A stretch of 63,853 nucleotides of DNA, counting the filler, from Vannella sp. (Eukaryota): the NCBI GenBank assembly GCA_023345925.1. It is 6 parts of 6 records of this genome, joined end to end, with 100 filler letters (N's around TTAATTAATTAA, not from the genome) between each part and the next. Parts side by side here need not be neighbours in the genome. Positions count along the whole stretch, not along the records: positions 46,329 to 61,093 come from JAJQQN010000178.1; 5 more parts are not named here. The stretch is one strand, 5' to 3'. Positions within the stretch are counted from its first letter, which is position 1. Each line of letters begins with the position of its first letter. This document shows positions 46,229 to 58,200 of this stretch, piece after piece. The notes below the pieces were generated by a model that saw only the letters and a list, made by a program, of their open reading frames with translations, ran no database searches and was not told the DNA's origin. The position numbers and the translations under genes are program-made.

Positions 46229-46328
46229 NNNNNNNNNNNNNNNNNNNNNNNNNNNNNNNNNNNNNNNNNNNNTTAATTAATTAANNNNNNNNNNNNNNNN
46301 NNNNNNNNNNNNNNNNNNNNNNNNNNNN
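46229..46328. other. Artificial contig-join spacer
   Basis: N44-TTAATTAATTAA-N44. Confidence 0.99.
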
Positions 46329-47350
46329 GAGCTTTGGCTGTCCTCAACTTGGACGAGATCGAATGCGAGTCCTTACAGACTCATTCGACCACTCTCTTCC
46401 ATAACCGTGGTGAGAACCGGTGGTTCGACAAGCTTCAACTCGCCATCTCGTCTGACGGCTTCGTGGGCTTCAACATGGAGCACACTCCTATTGATGGACA
46501 TACCTTGGTGCGACTAGCTGCGGATGTGCATGCTGATCTGAGTGGATCGAAGCCCTACCCCACTTCCAAACTGCTCGAGCGCACCAATTCGCTAGAAGGA
46601 GTGCCTCTCCCAGCCCACTTGGAGTTCGACTTGGACACTTCCCTCCATGAGAAGCTTGAGAAGGCGAAGAGCGACTTTGAAGCCTTCGCTGACCTGACTG
46701 AGTCCATTCCACTCATCGAAGGAGTTGGCAAACGCTTTGTCAAGCTCAGTGGCAGCAGCCCCGACTCTTTCATCCAAATGGCCATCCAACTGGCTCACTT
46801 CAAAGAGTCTGGACGCTTTGACTCGACCTACGAGTCTGCTCTCACCAAACGGTTCCTCCACGGCCGAACAGAAACCATTCGCTCCGTCTCTGAAGCATCC
46901 AAAGCCTACTGCAATGGCTTCTCCTTGGACAACCTGCCCCAGAGTGGCGCTCTCCTTCTTGAAGCTTGCGGGAAACACGCCCAAACTGCCAAGGCTGCAA
47001 AGAGCGGCTTTGGCGTCGACCGACACCTCTTTGGACTGTACAGTCTGGCAAAGCAAGAGAAGGAAGACAACGCTGACTTCAAGATCCCCTCTATCTTCAC
47101 TAGCCCTTACTACAGCCGCTATGGCAGCAACATCATCTCCACCAGCAACTGTGGCTCGGAGGATATCGGCCTCTTTGGCTTCGGTCCCGTTCACCCTGAT
47201 GGCGTTGGCATTGGCTACCTTATCCTTGATGACTCTACGCGCCTTACCGTCTCCACCACCAACGGGAAAGGCGCTTCCTTCGCCAAGACCCTCTCGGAGG
47301 CCATCAACCTTCAATGTCGCGCGATCAGAGCCTCCCAAGAGCTCAAATAA
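46329..47350 (+). CDS. Carnitine/choline O-acyltransferase family, C-terminal part (5'-truncated)
   Basis: NRWFDK, catalytic EHTPIDG, SPDSFIQMAIQLA, TYESA, GRTETIRS, GVDRHLFGL, STS, GFGPVHPDGVGIGY. Confidence 0.93.
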
Positions 47351-47412
47351 AGCAGTCCCAGCCCCTATCAGGGCGTAAAGCCTTCATTCTTTGTTGCTCC
47401 GCATCCATTGAC

Positions 47413-49451
47413 ATGGACGAAGGCCTCGCGAAGGCTGTCGAAGTGGCTCTTTCTCGCCTCCCTGAGCAGAGTACTCCTAGTAAGAAGCTGCCTATGATAG
47501 GAGAGATTGGTGCGACTGCGTTACTGCAAGCTTTGACGGCGGCAACGAACCCGTTGCAGACGATCGTTCAGTTTCGGAACCAGAACGGGTTGCGTACTTC
47601 TCGTATCTCGACGGAGAGCTTTCGCCCTGGCTTTGAGCTTCATGGACTGTCTGGTAACCGTCATAGAGACCTCTCCAGGAGTGTTTTCCAGCACATGATC
47701 CGAGTCCTTAGTGACCGTTGCACCAACCTTTCTCCCGAGCAAAGGCAGAACCTTCTGACAGAGACCTTCCCGTACATTAGCTTCAAAGAGCTTCAAGACC
47801 TTCCCTTTACTCTGCTCCGTCTCACACCTGACATCCCCGCCGCGTACCTCAACCAACTGAGCAGCAACACTGAGCTCTACGACCAGCTCCCAATCCCTGT
47901 CAAACGACAGATATGGGTCGTACACTCGGACCTCTTCCTCTCTCGTGTCCAGCCAGTGCTCGACAGTTACTATTTCTCTCAGATGGCCAACCACACATTG
48001 TCCCTGGCTGATCTCCTGACGCCCAAACTGAGGTAAAAGAGACCTCTCTGAAGGGAGACTTGACATCTAACGGAGATGGGGTCGATAGGCGGAGCAGAGT
48101 GCCGCAATTGAAGGAATTGGCTGAACTCATCGGTGGATCTCTGCCGTTGTACAAGTTGGTGGTGCAGTACTGCGTCTCATTATTCCAGAGTACAGGATGC
48201 CCTCATTACTGTACTCTCCGTGCAGAGTTAGTCCTCTACCTAAGAGATACGGGAGCTCTTGAAGTGAGTCTCTCCAAGTGATATTGTGACAATGGGACAT
48301 CTAACGCGGGACCTTCAACGGGAAGATATTTGCCCAAGATTCTTCCTCGAAGTTGGCGTTATTGGTGGATACTCTGCACACAACAGAGGAAGAGTTAGTG
48401 GATCCCCACCGAATCCAAGAAATTGTGGATTCTCTCTTTGACCTGGAAGATGGAAGCTTCGTAGTGGAGCAAGCCATTATCATTGCTCAGCCTGCTGTCG
48501 TCCAGCTCCTCACCCAGGCTATCTTTTACCATCTCCAGCTTGTCGTTGAAAACATGCAGGAGATCTCTGACGTAAGTAGAGGAGAGAGGTTCCCTTACCA
48601 CATGCTAACGACTCCAAGTTCCGGAAACATACCAACATTGCCAACCTTTCTAATTGCCTGAGTTTGGGGCTTTCTGCGTTCCGAATGTTGTCCACCGACG
48701 ACTATTATCGAAGGCCGTTGGGAACGGGAGTGTTTGTGACGTTTTATGGACAGCTTATTCACCGCTTGGTCGATGACCAGCTCCGAGAGGCTCAGGATGA
48801 GCCCCCCGAGATCTCAGAAGAGTTTTGCAGCCTCATCCTGTCGCATCCAGTGGCACTAAAGGTAATGATGCACGTTTGCATCCAGCGAATCAATGCAGAA
48901 GATGTCGCTTCAGTGAGGCAACTGTTAAAGCTCTTTGCTCGATTGGGAGCGGGAATCAATGGCGAGCAAATCTTCCTCCATGCTATTGTCTCCCTCCCAG
49001 CTGTATCTGAGGTAGGCTCCTCTACTCTCTCTACATTCATTCTCATTTCCATCCTATTCAGAATGAGAAGATCCGGGCTGCTGTAATTGAAGGGTTCCTG
49101 CTGCCGTTGTGCCGGGGTGTGGCCGTTCATGCATCTGTCCTTGAATTCCTGCGCGTGGCAAACGCCAAGATGTCTTCAGAGCTTCTTCTTTCCTATTTGA
49201 AGCCTCTCTGCCGGTTTAGACCTGTAGATGAAGAGGAGGCACGTTATATTTATCTGTTTGCCACCGCTTTCCACGACCGTGTTGCTTCTCGTGTGAACGC
49301 AGATAACGCCCCCTTCTTCTTTGAGTACTATTACATCGTGCGTGATCCCAAGCCCTATCTCGCCTACATCCGGGAGGCTGCAGCAACCAAAGCCCTCATC
49401 GAACAACAACGAGAAGAGCTGAGAATGTCTTCCGACACCGTCATGGCCTAG
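47413..49451 (+). CDS. NELFB: Negative elongation factor B (COBRA1) homolog, multi-exon
   Basis: LTAATNPLQTIVQFRNQNGL, FELHG, VKRQIW..LF..VQPVL..Y, LAELIGGSLPLY, HYCTLRAELVLYLRD parallel metazoan NELF-B (VKRQIW; HYCTLRAELL). Confidence 0.85.
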
Positions 49452-49705
49452 CTGTGGGCTCACATAGATAATGCGGTGGGCCTGTTACTTCACTATGCGT
49501 TCTAGTTCTTTCTTCTAATTGAAAGTGAGCCAATAACCTCATTAACAACGCGCTGCTTCGCCACATTGAATTGACATTCTCATCATCTCCCCCTTTTGGT
49601 TGCGTTATCTTCTTGGTAGGCGCGTTATTGTGTTTGGGGGAAGTACAGGAAGGCAGATAAGCTTTGGAAGTGACTTGAAGCCAAAAAGAGTCATTTCTGG
49701 GGAAG

Positions 49706-51423
49706 ATGAAGGGAAGGGCGGCGGTGCTGGTGTTGGGAGACATTGGAAGGAGCCCCAGGATGGCCAACCACGCGCTCTCTCTTGCGGAGCAGGCGGATAT
49801 GGAGGTTTCTTTTATTGGGTATCGTGGTGAGTGCTAGAGGGGAGGCTGGGAGGGTGCTTAGTTCAGAGGCAGAGAGTGAACCCCGCCAAGATGTTCTATC
49901 TTGTGAGTCTGTCACTGTGTATCCAATCAAACCCTTCCCTGGGTGGTTTCCTCGAAGACTGTTCCTTCTCTATGCTCCCCTGAAGATCCTCTTTCAGATC
50001 ATCCAACTTCTTTGGACGCTTTTGATCACCATTCCTCCTCCTGACCTGATCCTCGTCCAGGTGAGGGTTCTCAGTAAAGCTATCAGTGTTTGTAACCTTC
50101 TTTAGAATCCTCCTTCGATACCTGTGCTAGCTGTCCTGTGGATAGCAAGAACGGCGCTTCTCCTGAGGGGAAAGCGGACGAAACTACTTGTGGACTGGCA
50201 TAACTTCGGCTATACTATTCTACAACTATCTTTCTCTCCAAATCACCCAATAGTGCGCCTTGCCAAAGTGTGAGAGTCTCGGATGGATGCATTCTTGGAG
50301 CTAATTTGAACCTTTTAGCTACGAACGAGTCTTTGGTAGCACTGGAGATGCTCATATTTGTGTAACTCAAGCTATGAAGAAGTTCTTACAGAAGGAATGG
50401 GGGATTTGGTACGAATCCAACCTCCCACAGAAACCAAACGTTTTAACTTCCTCAATAGCGCTGAGGTTTTGTACGACAAACCCCCAGAGAGCTTCCAAAG
50501 AACATCCTATGAAGAATCACATCTTCTCATGCAAGAACTAGAGCGTTCCAACGATATTAGTCAGTTCTTTAACCTGGAAGAGCCGGCACAGATTTTGGAC
50601 AGTTTTAGACTTTCCAGCACTTCTCTGATTGCTGCAGAGTACAAGAATGTATGCTGGATGCCATACGTTGCGCACGTTCTCACGTTAACCTCTTCCAGGC
50701 AAAAGGAGAGACAACGTTAGTGTCCAGGGCGGATCGGCCATGTTTGTTGGTTTCTAGCACGAGTTGGACGCCAGATGAGGATTTCTCTATCTTGTTGGAT
50801 GCCATACTTGCTTATGAAGCCCATGCATCTGAAGGAGGGCTTCCCCGCTTGCTTCTCTTTATCACTGGGAAGGGACCGATGAAATTGGAGTACGAGAAGA
50901 AGATTAACTCACTCTCCTTGACCTTCAGCCGCATAGTCACTTGTTGGTTGGCTGCAGAGGACTATCCAAAGCTCTTAGGAATGTGTGACTTGGGTGTCAG
51001 TCTTCACACATCCTCTTCCGGTCTTGATCTTCCCATGAAGGTCGTGGATATGTTCGGATGTGGGCTCCCTGTCTGTGCAATTGACTTCTCTTGGTGAGAA
51101 TACCTCTCATAGAGTACATCGTATCCTCTGACTGACCTGGCAAGCCTTCATGAGCTCGTACGAGATGGATTTAACGGAAGAGTGTTCGAAACGGCATCTC
51201 AATTGGGACAACAACTTTCGGTACGCTACTCCCCAGACCACCTCAGACCTCTCATCCCAGCCTCCAATAGGACCTCTTCAAAGGCTTCCCAGAGGATCAG
51301 CAAGCCCTCACCAATCTTAGCCAGAACACGAAACTCGATACCTGGCAAGACAGTTGGGCGGCCACTGCATTGCCTCTTGTTCTATCCCTGTTGCCCAATC
51401 AAGAGAACAAGAAAGTCCAATGA
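49706..51423 (+). CDS. ALG1: Chitobiosyldiphosphodolichol beta-1,4-mannosyltransferase, multi-exon
   Basis: [77 protein letters not shown]. Confidence 0.96.
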
Positions 51424-51478
51424 AATGGCCCAGCCCAAAGGAGCCTCCCATTGGTCAGTTTTTGGGATCGGGGAGGCG

Positions 51479-53855
51479 ATGGCGGGGAAGGGGCGCGTTA
51501 TCGCTCAACAGGTCAAGCAGCTGCCGATCTACTCTGCTAAGGATGCATTCATGGAAGAGTTTGAGAAGAATGATTGCTTGGTGATCGTTGGAGAGACGGG
51601 ATCAGGTAAGGGGAGCTTTCGCCCGCTGTTTGGAGTTGTCCCTGACCTGTTGCTCCTTGTGCCATTGTTGCGTGGCTCTGATCTCTTAGGAAAGACAACA
51701 CGTAAGTGATTAGTTCCTTTTAAAGTCATTCAAAGACCCTGCTAATGCTCAGGCGCTTAGAAATCCCGCAGTTCTTGCTTGAATGGATGCGCCGAGTGGA
51801 TCCTCCTGGCTTTCCTCAGCAGATCGCTATCACACAGCCTCGTCGAGTGGCAGCCATCTCTGTAGCAACCCGGGTAACAGAAGAGATGAACGTACGCAAC
51901 CAGGGCCACTTAGTCGGCTATCGAGTGCGGTTCGAAGAGAACTGCACTCCCCGCACTCGGATCAAGTACATGACCGACGGCATGCTGCTGAGAGAGGCAC
52001 TGCTTGATCCAACACTACGTCGCTACCGGTAGGCCTCCTTTCAGCCCCAGCCAATGCCTCATCTTCTCATTTGGAGCAGCGCAGTGATCGTGGACGAGGC
52101 TCACGAGCGCACCGTCTCTACAGACGTCTTGTTCGGTCTCCTGCATCAATTAAGAGCCAAGAGAAAGGATTTGAAGATCATCATCATGTCAGCTACTCTT
52201 GATGCGGAGTTATTCGCTCACTTCTTCAAGTGAGTTGGCAAAACAGTATACTTTCGATTAGAAGCTTACCTGGGCCTTGCAAGAGCCAAGATACTCTTTG
52301 TAGAAGGGAGGCAATACCCAGTGGATATATTCTACACGCCAGAGCCGGAGCAGGACTATCTAGATGGGGCTTTAGTCACCATTTTGCAGACGCATCTGGA
52401 CCAACCACCCGGCGATATTCTCGTGTTTCTCACGGGTCGCGAGGAGATTGAGGCTCTTGAAAAGCTTCTCATTCGTAAGCTCCCTCTCATGCCGGAGGAA
52501 GCTCAGCAGGTGAGACAGGCTCACAAAATCTCTTCTGGAAGTCTCATTCGGGACATTCAGTTACTTGTTTGCCCTCTTTATGCCGCTTTGCCACACCAAA
52601 AGCAGATGAAAGTATTCGAGTTAGCTCCAGAAGGGCACAGAAAGGTTATACTGGCCACAAATATCGCTGAAACATCAATTACTATCAACGGCATTCGTTA
52701 TGTGGTGGACTGCGGCCTAGCAAAGGAGCGCGCATTCAATTCACGTATTGGAATTGACAGTCTCATGGTATCTCCCATCTCAAAAGCAGCGGCTCGGCAA
52801 CGATGTGGACGAGCTGGTCGAGAGGCAAGTCACTTTGCCCCGACTGGATATCACTCTCCTTAACTTCAAGTAGAGCCCAGGAGTGTGCTACAGACTTTAT
52901 ACTGAGACTACTTTCGTTGATTTGGACGATAACACTCTTCCTGAGATCAAACGCTGTAACTTAAGCAATGTTGTCCTTCAAATGAAGGCTCTGGGGATTG
53001 GAGACGTTCTCTCTTTCCCTTTTCTAGAGACTCCACCTCTTTCTAGCAGTAAGTATCATCTCTCTATCTCTGATAGGCTCCTCACAATAAGTTAGTTCGA
53101 AATGCACTTGAGACACTTCTTGTTCTGGGAGCCCTGGGACCTGACCAGAAACTGACTGATCTTGGAAAGCAAATGGCAGAGCTCCCTCTGGAGCCCATGT
53201 ACGCCAAGACCGTCATCATCTCCAAGGTTGGTAACAAAGAGGAGATTCCCTCGCTGTTCTCATCCTATCGCAGAGTTTTGGATGCTTTGAGGATGTCCTT
53301 ACCATTGTATCAATGCTATCTGTTGAAAGCATCTTCCACTTTCCTGCAGAGAAGCGGAACGAAGTCAAAATCGCTAGGAATCGCTTCGCCGCTCCTGAAG
53401 GAGATCATCTGACCATGTTGGCCGTGTACGAGGCATTTAAGGAGGCAGAGGACGCTAAGATGTTCTGTTGGGAGAACTTCCTGAACCATAGAGCCATGCA
53501 GAAGGTCCAGGACGTCCGCAAGCAGTTAGTAGAGTACACGAGTACCTTCTCTGCCCTCCCTTCTCCCTCTGAGGCTGGCGGATACTCTCGCAACGAAGCG
53601 ATATTGCGTTGCTTTGCGAGTGCCTTTTTCATGCATGTGGCAGTTCGCCAGGACGACCGACGCTACCACACCCTCAAGGACGGGAAGGAAGTCGTCCTTC
53701 ATCCTTCCTCTTCTCTGTTTGGCCGCAAGCAGCCCCCGCCTTGTGTTGTATACAACGAGCTAGTCCTTACTACTCGCCACTTCATGAGAGACGTGTCAGA
53801 AGTGCAGCCTGCGTGGCTGGCAGAGCTTGCGCCTTTGCAGTTTGTGCGTGGATAA
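51479..53855 (+). CDS. DHX33: DEAH-box RNA helicase, DHX33/Dhr2-like, multi-exon
   Basis: [57 protein letters not shown]2 and OB (HPSS) regions. No long N-terminal extension. Alternative in-frame ATG at 51425. Confidence 0.8.
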
Positions 53856-53905
53856 AGTCTTTCTGGCATTGCAGCAGTGGTTTATCAGGTACCAAGGTAG
53901 AGCGC

Positions 53906-54256
53906 TTAGCTTTGTTGGAAGAGCTTGACAGTCATGAGCTTGCAGAACTCCTCGTACTCAGAGGCGTCGAGCTTTCCGTCTTGGTTGGTGTCGAACTCAG
54001 CAGCCACTGCGGCCACGATCTCCTCAGTCACCTTGGTCTTGTAGTTACTGCCAGTCTCTTCCTCCAAAGCTCCATACATGGCTTCCACAGCCACACGAAG
54101 CTCGGTCTTGCACAAAGTTCCATTCTTGTCGGCGTCATGCTCATCAAAGCTCTCACGTGCACTGACTTTGAAGAACTCATTAGCAACCAAAGCTCGCAAT
54201 TCCTCCTGAGCCTCCTGGGGCAAAGCTTGCAACTCCTTCTCGAATGGCGTGGTCAT
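53906..54256 (-). CDS. Small two-EF-hand calcium-binding protein
   Basis: EF loops DADKNGTLCKTE and DTNQDGKLDASE. Confidence 0.88.
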   Translation of the reverse strand: MTTPFEKELQALPQEAQEELRALVANEFFKVSARESFDEHDADKNGTLCKTELRVAVEAMYGALEEETGSNYKTKVTEEIVAAVAAEFDTNQDGKLDASEYEEFCKLMTVKLFQQS

Positions 54257-54310
54257 CTCCAAGGCCAATAAAAAATGGTCCCAAAAGTAGTCCGAAAAGG
54301 TCAAAGTTCA

Positions 54311-54964
54311 TTAAAATTTGGGAACGCGGAGAGTTTGGGAGATCATTGTGCAGCCTAAAATAAAATAAAGAATAGAAAAGGGGTGGAAGCCGTATGGTCC
54401 AAAGCGATAGTGTCCTCCATAGAGGTTGTCCACTCCCGTGTTCCCTGTGAGATAAGCAATGAGGAGGAAGCCAACGATGGAGAGGCTCATGGGGATGGGG
54501 GTGCCTTCGAAGTACGAGACTTTGCCGCTTTCGTCTGACATGGAAGCAGCGGTGACGTTGTAGCGGGCCAAGCGGCTGATACCGCAGGCAACAAAGAAGA
54601 CAAGGATGGCCATGTCGTAGCCACCACGGAGGCCCAGGGTGAAGCCTAGTACTGCTGGTGCAACGCCAAAGGAGATGATATCCGACAAGGAGTCCAAATC
54701 AGCTCCAATAGCAGAGTGGCGCTTCATCTTGCGTGCTACCCAACCATCCATAGCGTCAAAGAGAACACAGAAGGGCAAAAGAATGAAGGCAATCCACAGA
54801 TAGTGCTCCTTTGTAGGTCCGTTCGCCAAGTAGTTCAAACACGTAAAGATAACCGCCGTCCCGCTTCCAGCGTTCATCAGGGTGATAACATCTGCCAGCA
54901 CAAACGTTTTCATCATGGAGAAGTGCACAGGCTTGGTGGCCTGAGGGGTGGCGGGAGTCGGCAT
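54311..54964 (-). CDS. CHO1: CDP-diacylglycerol--serine O-phosphatidyltransferase (CHO1/PssA type), intronless
   Basis: HFSMMKTFVLADVITLMN; CDP-alcohol phosphotransferase motif DAMDGWVAR..GADLDSLSD; SFGVAP; RLARYN; YFEGTPIP. Confidence 0.88.
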   Translation of the reverse strand: MPTPATPQATKPVHFSMMKTFVLADVITLMNAGSGTAVIFTCLNYLANGPTKEHYLWIAFILLPFCVLFDAMDGWVARKMKRHSAIGADLDSLSDIISFGVAPAVLGFTLGLRGGYDMAILVFFVACGISRLARYNVTAASMSDESGKVSYFEGTPIPMSLSIVGFLLIAYLTGNTGVDNLYGGHYRFGPYGFHPFSILYFILGCTMISQTLRVPKF

Positions 54965-55289
54965 CAGAGAATGAATAAAATCAGGAAAGCAGAAAATCTC
55001 CACACAATTATTATTTTTTGATAAACCCCTGTATCAATGTTCATGGATTGTTGTGTACTCGGCTGTCAGAATTTTCCAGGAGAATTCTCCTGGATAGCGG
55101 AAATTCCGATGAAAACTCGACTCCACCCACCAATCCCTTGAGAAATGATGGAGACTCAGGAGAACCTGAGGTTTTAAAATTGTGGAGCAAACGAATCATG
55201 ATACAATTCTCTTATGGTACCTTATGGTGCCTTATGGTGGGTGGGATTTTCTCCTTTCGGGAATTTTCCGTTGTCCTCCCAGCAACGCC

Positions 55290-58200
55290 ATGAGACGTGG
55301 TGTTGTGGGTCTGCTGTTTCTCCTGCTGGCCTACGCTGAAAGCCAGTATGTGCCCTGTTTAACTGGTACCAACTTTTTTGTTCCAACCTCTCCCAATGGG
55401 GCGCTTGGTTGCAGCTCGTATGAGGATGCCTCCTTGGTGGAGTGGGATGTCCAGTCTCCTTCCTCGATGGACTTTATCTTCCGTCTGTTTGCTACGGAGG
55501 CGTGCTGTGATGTTCTGGAGGTGATTGATGGCTCTTCGAACGAAGTGTTGGGGACCTTCCGCGGAAACGAAGTGCCCCCTCCCTTCCGCAGCCGCCATCT
55601 CCGCTTTCGCTTCACCTCGGACGAGACTCTTGCTGCTTCTGGCTTCCAGGTGAACTACTACCCACCAACTGAGTACTCCTTCTGCTTTGGCGCTTTCAAC
55701 CACACCATGGGAGCCAATGGTCGCCTCGGTTGTGATGGTTCTGCTCCTGGCACGCTCATTGAATGGCTGTATCCTCCCGGCCCGGATGGTTTCTTCTCCA
55801 TCCACTCCGTTCTCAATCCATTCCAAGGCGTACTCCAGCTGTTGCAACTTGATTTGTCAGGCAATGTGGTCCGCGAATTGCAGCCCGACTGGCGGAGCAA
55901 ACCCGTTGTCCTCACTGGTAACAATCTTCTGCTTCGTTTTACATTCTCCTACTCAGCGTCCGTCTCCTTTTATGTGGACTATGGGCCACTGACTGACACC
56001 GGATCTCCGAACACCCCCTGTGTTCCCGACTACCTCCAAGTCACTTTGCCCCCAGGCTCAGGTAGTTTTGGCTGCGCTGGGTATCAGGATAACACTGCAA
56101 GGACTTGGACCCACTCGTCTTCCCATGCAGTCTACACCATTAACGCATTTGCCATTGATTTCTCTGACCGCCTCATTGTCTCTACCCTTGATTCCTCCGC
56201 CGGAATATTGAAAATCGAACAGATTCTGACTAGCGCTGTTGCTCCCGTTGTGTTAACTGGAAACTACTTCTTCCATTTCGTTGCCGACCAGGTGGGCTCA
56301 ACTGGTGGATTTCAAGTGTCCTATTCGGATTACACTCCAGTACTGAATGCTGCCTGTACCACCGGTTCGGAAGTTTTCTTGCTTACAGGATCTTCTGGTG
56401 TCTTTGGCTGCCCATCATTCGGCACCTCCATTGTACGAGAATGGAAATTGAGCCTCCCCCAGCTCAGTTTCTTCAAGTTTGATTCCTTTGACTTAGGCAA
56501 CTGTTGTGGTAACTCTCTTACTATCTACCGCTTGCTATCGAATGGAAAATATGAGCTTTTGCACAACTATTACTATGGATCTACTCTGCCTCCTGGCGTA
56601 GTTGGGGAAAAGGACGTTTTGGTACGATTTACTACCGGTGGGGCCAACCTAGGCGGAATTGGATTTAGTATCTCCTATTTTCCTTTCGACACAGCTCCGC
56701 TCTCAATTTGCCGTTCCGGATCATTCAGCCATAACTTAGCCGATCCAAGAGGAAGCTTTGGGTGCAATTCCTATGAGGTCGAAGCCACAGTTTCGTGGCA
56801 GAAGTCCAATTCAGTATTGACCAGCTACTCTATGTACTACATCGGTATTACTGAGTGTTGTGATGTGATACAAGCGATTCAAAAGAATCCAGATGGAAGC
56901 ATCAGATTTGTTCAAACTCTGTCCGGAGCAAATCTTATTCAACAACGATTCAAAGGTTCTAATCTTCAGATCAAGTTCGCCTCTAATCAAACGGGGAATG
57001 GATATGGATTCAATGGCATTTATTCCGAAGTGGTTTACAGCCTTACTCCTCCTTTCAGCAGATGCATGGCTGGAAACACGGACTATGTCTTAACAGACAT
57101 GACTGGAAGCTTTGGTTGTGACGGATATGAGAATCTCGCTCTAGTCGAATGGGAGTACCAGTCGAGCACACCTGCAGCGTTCACTTTCTCCTTCTTAAGC
57201 TTAGAGGCATCCTTCGATTTCTTACAGGTCTACCGCATTGAGCCCCAGGGTCAGCGTACATTGCTCAACACTTACAATGGTATTATCACTCCACTAGGAC
57301 GAATTGTTGGAGACAATTTGGCTTTCTTCTTCCGGTCTGATGGCTCTGTTACACCTCTCGGCTTCAGGATTGATTACGCTCCCTTCACATCTTATTATGA
57401 TGCTTGCTCTTCTCAATCTGTTCCAGCAAGAATTCGTCTGCCAGTTGGAAGCAACTATTTCGGCTGCTCTAGTTACGAAAACTCAGCAGTTGTTGAATGG
57501 ATTTTAGACTCAGGCAACAACCTTTCGGGACTATCAATTGATCTCATTAATTCTGAGATTACTGACTCAATCACTGTATTTTCTGTGAACGAATATGGCC
57601 TCACAAGCTTACAGAGTTATAGTGGAGCTACTAACTATCCTTTAGACAGATTCTTTGGCAAATCATTCTTGATTCGCTTCAAATCTGACGCAAGCACAAC
57701 TTATTCTGGATTCCTGATGAAGTACGAGCCTGCATCATTCTCAACTGCGATGTTTGGGGCATGTTCTTCAAGTGGCTATTTCACTATTAACCCCGAGACG
57801 ACCAGTTTTGGTTGTTTTGGATACGACAATGGAGTTTCCAGGGAATGGCACTATGAATCATCCCAAGACAGGACTTTCGAGTTTCGCTCTTTCAGCACAG
57901 AATCATTTTACGATCCAGTTTCAGTGTTCTCCGTCTCTGGCGCAGGAATTCGGACTTTATTAGGAAGTTACACTGGTGCAACACTCCCTACCCAAGTATT
58001 CACTGGCAAACAGCTTGTTTTTCGTTTTACCGCCGACGCATCCGTCATTCAATCTGGTTTTGAAATTGTAGTCAAAAATCCCTTTCTTCCTTGTGACTCA
58101 TCTCGCCAGTATTCGCTCGCCCAACCCAGCGGAATCTTTGGTTGCGACGGTTACGTCAGCTCAGTGGCCCTCAGTTGGAGTTTGAGTTCTGACACTCCAT

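Noticed and set aside
46592..47378. Long overlapping ORFs (248 aa minus, 217 aa plus) over the carnitine acyltransferase
   Set aside because: No motifs. Explained by strong C-ending codon bias suppressing stops in other frames.
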